Shown here one piece after another: positions 60,613 through 64,000 of a DNA stretch of 64,000 nucleotides. The notes under the pieces are model-generated. The model was not told the DNA's origin. It was given only the letters and a program-made list of their open reading frames with translations, and did no database searches. The translations under genes and the position numbers were made by a program. The DNA comes from Amoebophrya sp. A120. Its lineage: Eukaryota > Protista > Dinoflagellata. Numbering within the stretch: position 1 is the first letter of the stretch; the number at the start of each line of letters is the position of its first letter. The DNA is taken from NCBI GenBank assembly GCA_905178155.1, contig CAJINV010000008.1:1178001-1242000 (forward strand), read 5' to 3'.

Positions 60613-61884
60613 ATGGGCGACATCAATCAGATGATGGATTTTGACGAGGGTGCCCGTTCCGGTAAGGGCAAAGGCAAGAGCGGCAAGGGGGGCGGCGGTC
60701 TTTCCGCGGGCGGGGGAGGCGGGTCTCGCGCCAACATCACCCGATCTGCCGCGGGGGCGCCGTTTCTGCAGAAAATCAAGCATATCAAATGTAAAAATGT
60801 CTGGGTCTGGAAAAATGCGAGTTTGTCATGCTTGTCTGGCATGACTCTTAAATCTGTCACGCACATTACCAAAGAGCCCCACTTTTCTGTCATGCAGAAA
60901 CGTAGTTTGTCATGCAGAATAGGCAACACCTAGAAGCTTAGAAACTTGTCATGCTGAGCCAGCAAAAATTGTGGCCTCCTCATGATATGCCACACAGCAT
61001 CACAAATTTCCAGACATCCAGGGATTTTTACATTTGATAAAGCAGCAGCTGGCGCAAAAGGAGCACGACATCGAGGATAAGACGGCGATATGAAATGCAA
61101 AAGCATCGTACTAGTATAAATCGCATGACAAATTTCGTCAGCATGAGAAAGAAAATTTGTAATGCGGATTTAACTTGAGAAAGAAATTTGTATTGCACGA
61201 ATGCGATTAGTACGATACTTTTGCACAGGATAGGCGAAGAGGAGACGACTCGCGGAGGAAAACGACAACGAGTTCGAAGACGACATCCACGAGGCCCTTT
61301 TTGTCGACGAAGAAACCGGCGCGGACACGGGCATGAGTGAGTTCGACCAGAAGATGGCTCGGAAGCTACAGGAGCAGCGGATGCGGGCCGAGCAGGAGGC
61401 CAAGGAAAAGTTCGCGGATGCGGACAAGCCCATAACGTTCAAACTCTCGAAGGAGAAGGAAGAGAAGCGGCAAAAACGGCTGGCCGAGGAAAAAGCCGAG
61501 GAGCAACGAATACGGCAGGCGGCAATAGACAAGGCGCAACAGCGGGCCCAGCTCGATCGCCCGGAGTTCTACTGGCGCTTGTCGGAAGAGGAAAAAGACA
61601 TCTACGACAGGTGTCTGGCAATCGACCGGAACATTTGCTTCCATTTCAACACGAAGCGCGGATGCAACAAGGGAGACAGCTGTCCCCGGAAACACGTCAA
61701 AATAGAGACGTTTACAGCAACCAGCACAAGAAATAGCAATGAAGCCACAAGCAGTGGCGCTGGCGCCGCTGCAACTGGGGCTGGCGCAACGAAGGAGAAC
61801 GTGATCAAGGAGAAAGACAAAAAAGCAGTGAAGCCAAAGGTAGTCATGAATTATGACGACGATGAAGAAGAAGAGAGTGACTGA
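60613..61884 (+). CDS. CCCH zinc-finger, coiled-coil protein
   Basis: CFHFNTKRGCNKGDSCPRKH (C-x8-C-x5-C-x3-H). Three exons joined in frame by removing introners 60783 and 61089. Confidence 0.85.
60783..61039. mobile_element. Introner family B (257 bp), opposite orientation to the 28714 copy
   Basis: TATCAAATGTAAAAATGTCTGGGTCTGGAA...TTTTTACATTTGATA. TSD aagca. The interior is the reverse-complement homologue of 28714-28968. Confidence 0.92.
61089..61232. mobile_element. Introner family A, reverse orientation (144 bp)
   Basis: TATGAAATGCAAAAGCATCGTACTA...TAGTACGATACTTTTGCACAGGATA. TSD ggcga. Confidence 0.93.
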
Positions 61885-62847
61885 GGCTCTCTTGATCTAC
61901 TTCTTTTCCTGGCAGCTACATATAGCAATTATGCTGCAGATTCAACAGTTCTATTTCATCATTATGTAGATGCTGCAGTAGTTCCAGGAAATAGAAATAC
62001 AGCTGATGTGTCCTCTTCTAGCGACATCAACACATATTAAGCACGAGCGCCTGTGCCGCGACAGTATCTTTCGTTAGTGCTATGTGCACTACGTTCTTGG
62101 TCTCCCATTGAATACCGAGTTCTCCTGCTCGGAGCGCAGATTTGTATCATCACTGCCGAAAAATCGACAAAGTTCCAACAAAAAAAAACAGAAATCTGCT
62201 GTCTTCAACAAAAACTCGACAGAAAATCGATCCGCAGCCCCAGCCAAAAATGCATGTTTGCGAAGACGTAGACGACAACATTGACAGTCCACAGTCAAAA
62301 CTGCCAAAGCAGCAAGTTCGGCCGTATTCATCCCAGCCCGGAGCACAAAGTTGTAAAATCAAAATGGAAGAAGATCATATCAAAGATGAAATGCCCGACA
62401 AAAATGTTTTTGTAAGAACGCTGTAGGACTAAGACCAGGACCATGCAAATCTAAATGCATGAAGGTACGACCAATCGTAGAATTTTGGAGGTACTTACTC
62501 AGGTGCCTACATGCGTATGAAAAATTACCGATCATACTGACTCTGTTTTGATTATCACATCAAGCAAATTACGTAGCACTAGCAAAAAAGTCAGTGCAGG
62601 GTCGTGCCGTACATATGTATCTACATGAGGCCGTAAGTGGTACTTCTCGTCCACTTCTACTACAGTAAAAAGATAGGTACTAATACACCTGTAACTACCT
62701 CCTGTGTCAGGTGATCGTTGCCCAACTAGAAGTTCTTGCAGAAGTTGTTGCATTATTCGGCTTCGCTCCCACTTGAAGACGAAGTATACAGTAGTTGTTC
62801 TTTTGTTTCTTTATTTTTTGAAGACGGAAGGTGGACCAAAGGCAAAC

Positions 62848-64000
62848 ATGTCATCCGACGCAGCAGCTGGAGCTACCGGATCGGTGCAGGTAGTCGCCGC
62901 CGGGTCAGAAGCAGAGATGAACTCCGCCGAAAGCATAGACCATGAGATCCAGGTATTTCTATAACACGAACTCCTCGTAGTTGACTTCCTTACATCTGAC
63001 ATAGGAGAAACCTCCAGAGCAGTTTGCTACATCTTCTTGGCCATATTTAAAAGGCAAAATGAAAATGTAAAATTTCAATCTACCGTATGTGGTGATGCAT
63101 GAAGTGGCTCCCACGCACCGAAGCCCGTAATGTCACCTGACTGCTTCGAGCACTTTTTTACCAACATTAGTGAAAAACGAATTTTAAATTTACCTTTTTC
63201 AACATCGAGCAACCAGTTGTGGCAGTAAGCTGCTATCAACAGAGCGCTCGGCTGAGCACTGCTGATTTGCCTGGTGGCACACATTTCAAAAAAAAACTCA
63301 AGAGGGCTCAAAAAAAAGAAAAGAAAAAAAGAGGGCCGCCCCAGTCCGTCAAAGAAATGAAAAGAAAAGAACCGGGTGAAAAAAAAAAGAATAAAGCCAG
63401 TGGTGAACTTGAAAAATGTGACAGGCATCATCTGCAAAAAAAAAAAGGAAAAAACCCCGGCAGAGAAGGACAAAAGCCCCAACAGCAACAAAAAAAAAGA
63501 AAACAATCACCAAATGCAGATGAATCTGCATGCCACCACAAAAAGAAACAAGTTACACCAGCGATGAAATCAAGCACGACCAGGATGGACCTCTTTGACG
63601 TTTCTCTCGCATTGCGCTGAGCAGTCGCGAGCACCATCTTCTCCAGGCTTCTCACGGAGGTTTGCCGTTCCCGCTTGGTCAGCGTGCAACATGGGTCGTG
63701 GTTCCTACCACCTCATCTCCGTCGAAACAAGAAAAGAGCCTTCATCGTTCGCCAACCGCCCAGACAAAATTACATTTTTTACGAGAAACCGTTCGCATCT
63801 TCTTCGCCACGCATGATGTCGCAGCACATCTCCTCCCAGTGCCAGTTCTTCGCTGGATCGTCCTCTCAAAATAAGTATGTCTGCTATGATGTTAAAAACA
63901 GGAACTGGAACAAGAGATGGAATACATGGAGAAGGAGACCGCCGCTGTGAAGGACCTTTCCGAGAAGCAGGACGTTGACCTGAACGAAGCCGGAACTTCG
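62848..64000 (+). CDS. 5' part of a gene with an acidic coiled-coil N-terminus (runs off the window)
   Basis: Exon 62848-62952 (MSSDAAAG...SIDHEIQ), GT-AG intron 62953-63901, then ELEQEMEYMEKETAAVKDLSEKQ, open to the window end. Confidence 0.55.

Noticed and set aside
6677-61232. Tc1/mariner-type TA target duplication for the introners
   Set aside because: A separate 5-bp direct repeat lies outside the TA at both ends, and leaving one TA shifts the frame. TA belongs to the element.
426-61884. Genome-wide stop-codon reassignment, as known for one Amoebophrya lineage
   Set aside because: Multi-kb ORFs contain no in-frame stops, and conserved genes end at ordinary TAA, TAG or TGA. Only the TGA at 18581 is suspicious.
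63219-63620. Lys-rich ORFs
   Set aside because: They arise from poly-A tracts within a probable intron. No TIR or TSD was found to call an element.

Overview
Eukaryotic, gene-dense genomic window with about 15 protein genes, all on the + strand. Inference: a syndinian dinoflagellate, most like Amoebophrya, based on a dinoflagellate spliced-leader relic, co-oriented genes and non-canonical inverted-repeat introns. Recognisable genes: PsuG-PfkB fusion, MFS transporter, SDR, UTP13/TBL3, UTP18, a divergent histone H2A, a large EF-hand/IQ protein and a CCCH zinc-finger protein. The dominant signal is 22 MITE-like elements in 7 terminal-repeat families, all inside coding exons. They have TAT...ATA ends (two exceptions), terminal inverted repeats (TIRs) and 5-bp target-site duplications (TSDs). 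Removing element plus one TSD restores the reading frame in every case, without GT-AG ends and in either orientation, so they behave as introners. All families share an internal TTTGTSATGC/GCATSACAAA motif. Two introners carry nested cargo: a 1.18-kb TIR element with a 7-bp TSD, and a 2.19-kb insert that starts with the dinoflagellate spliced leader and is flanked by a 15-bp TSD (a retroposed trans-spliced RNA). A separate 1.49-kb TIR element contains a nested Mutator-like MITE with telomere-like repeats and a perfect 58-bp palindrome. All gene models were spliced by eye and need RNA evidence.
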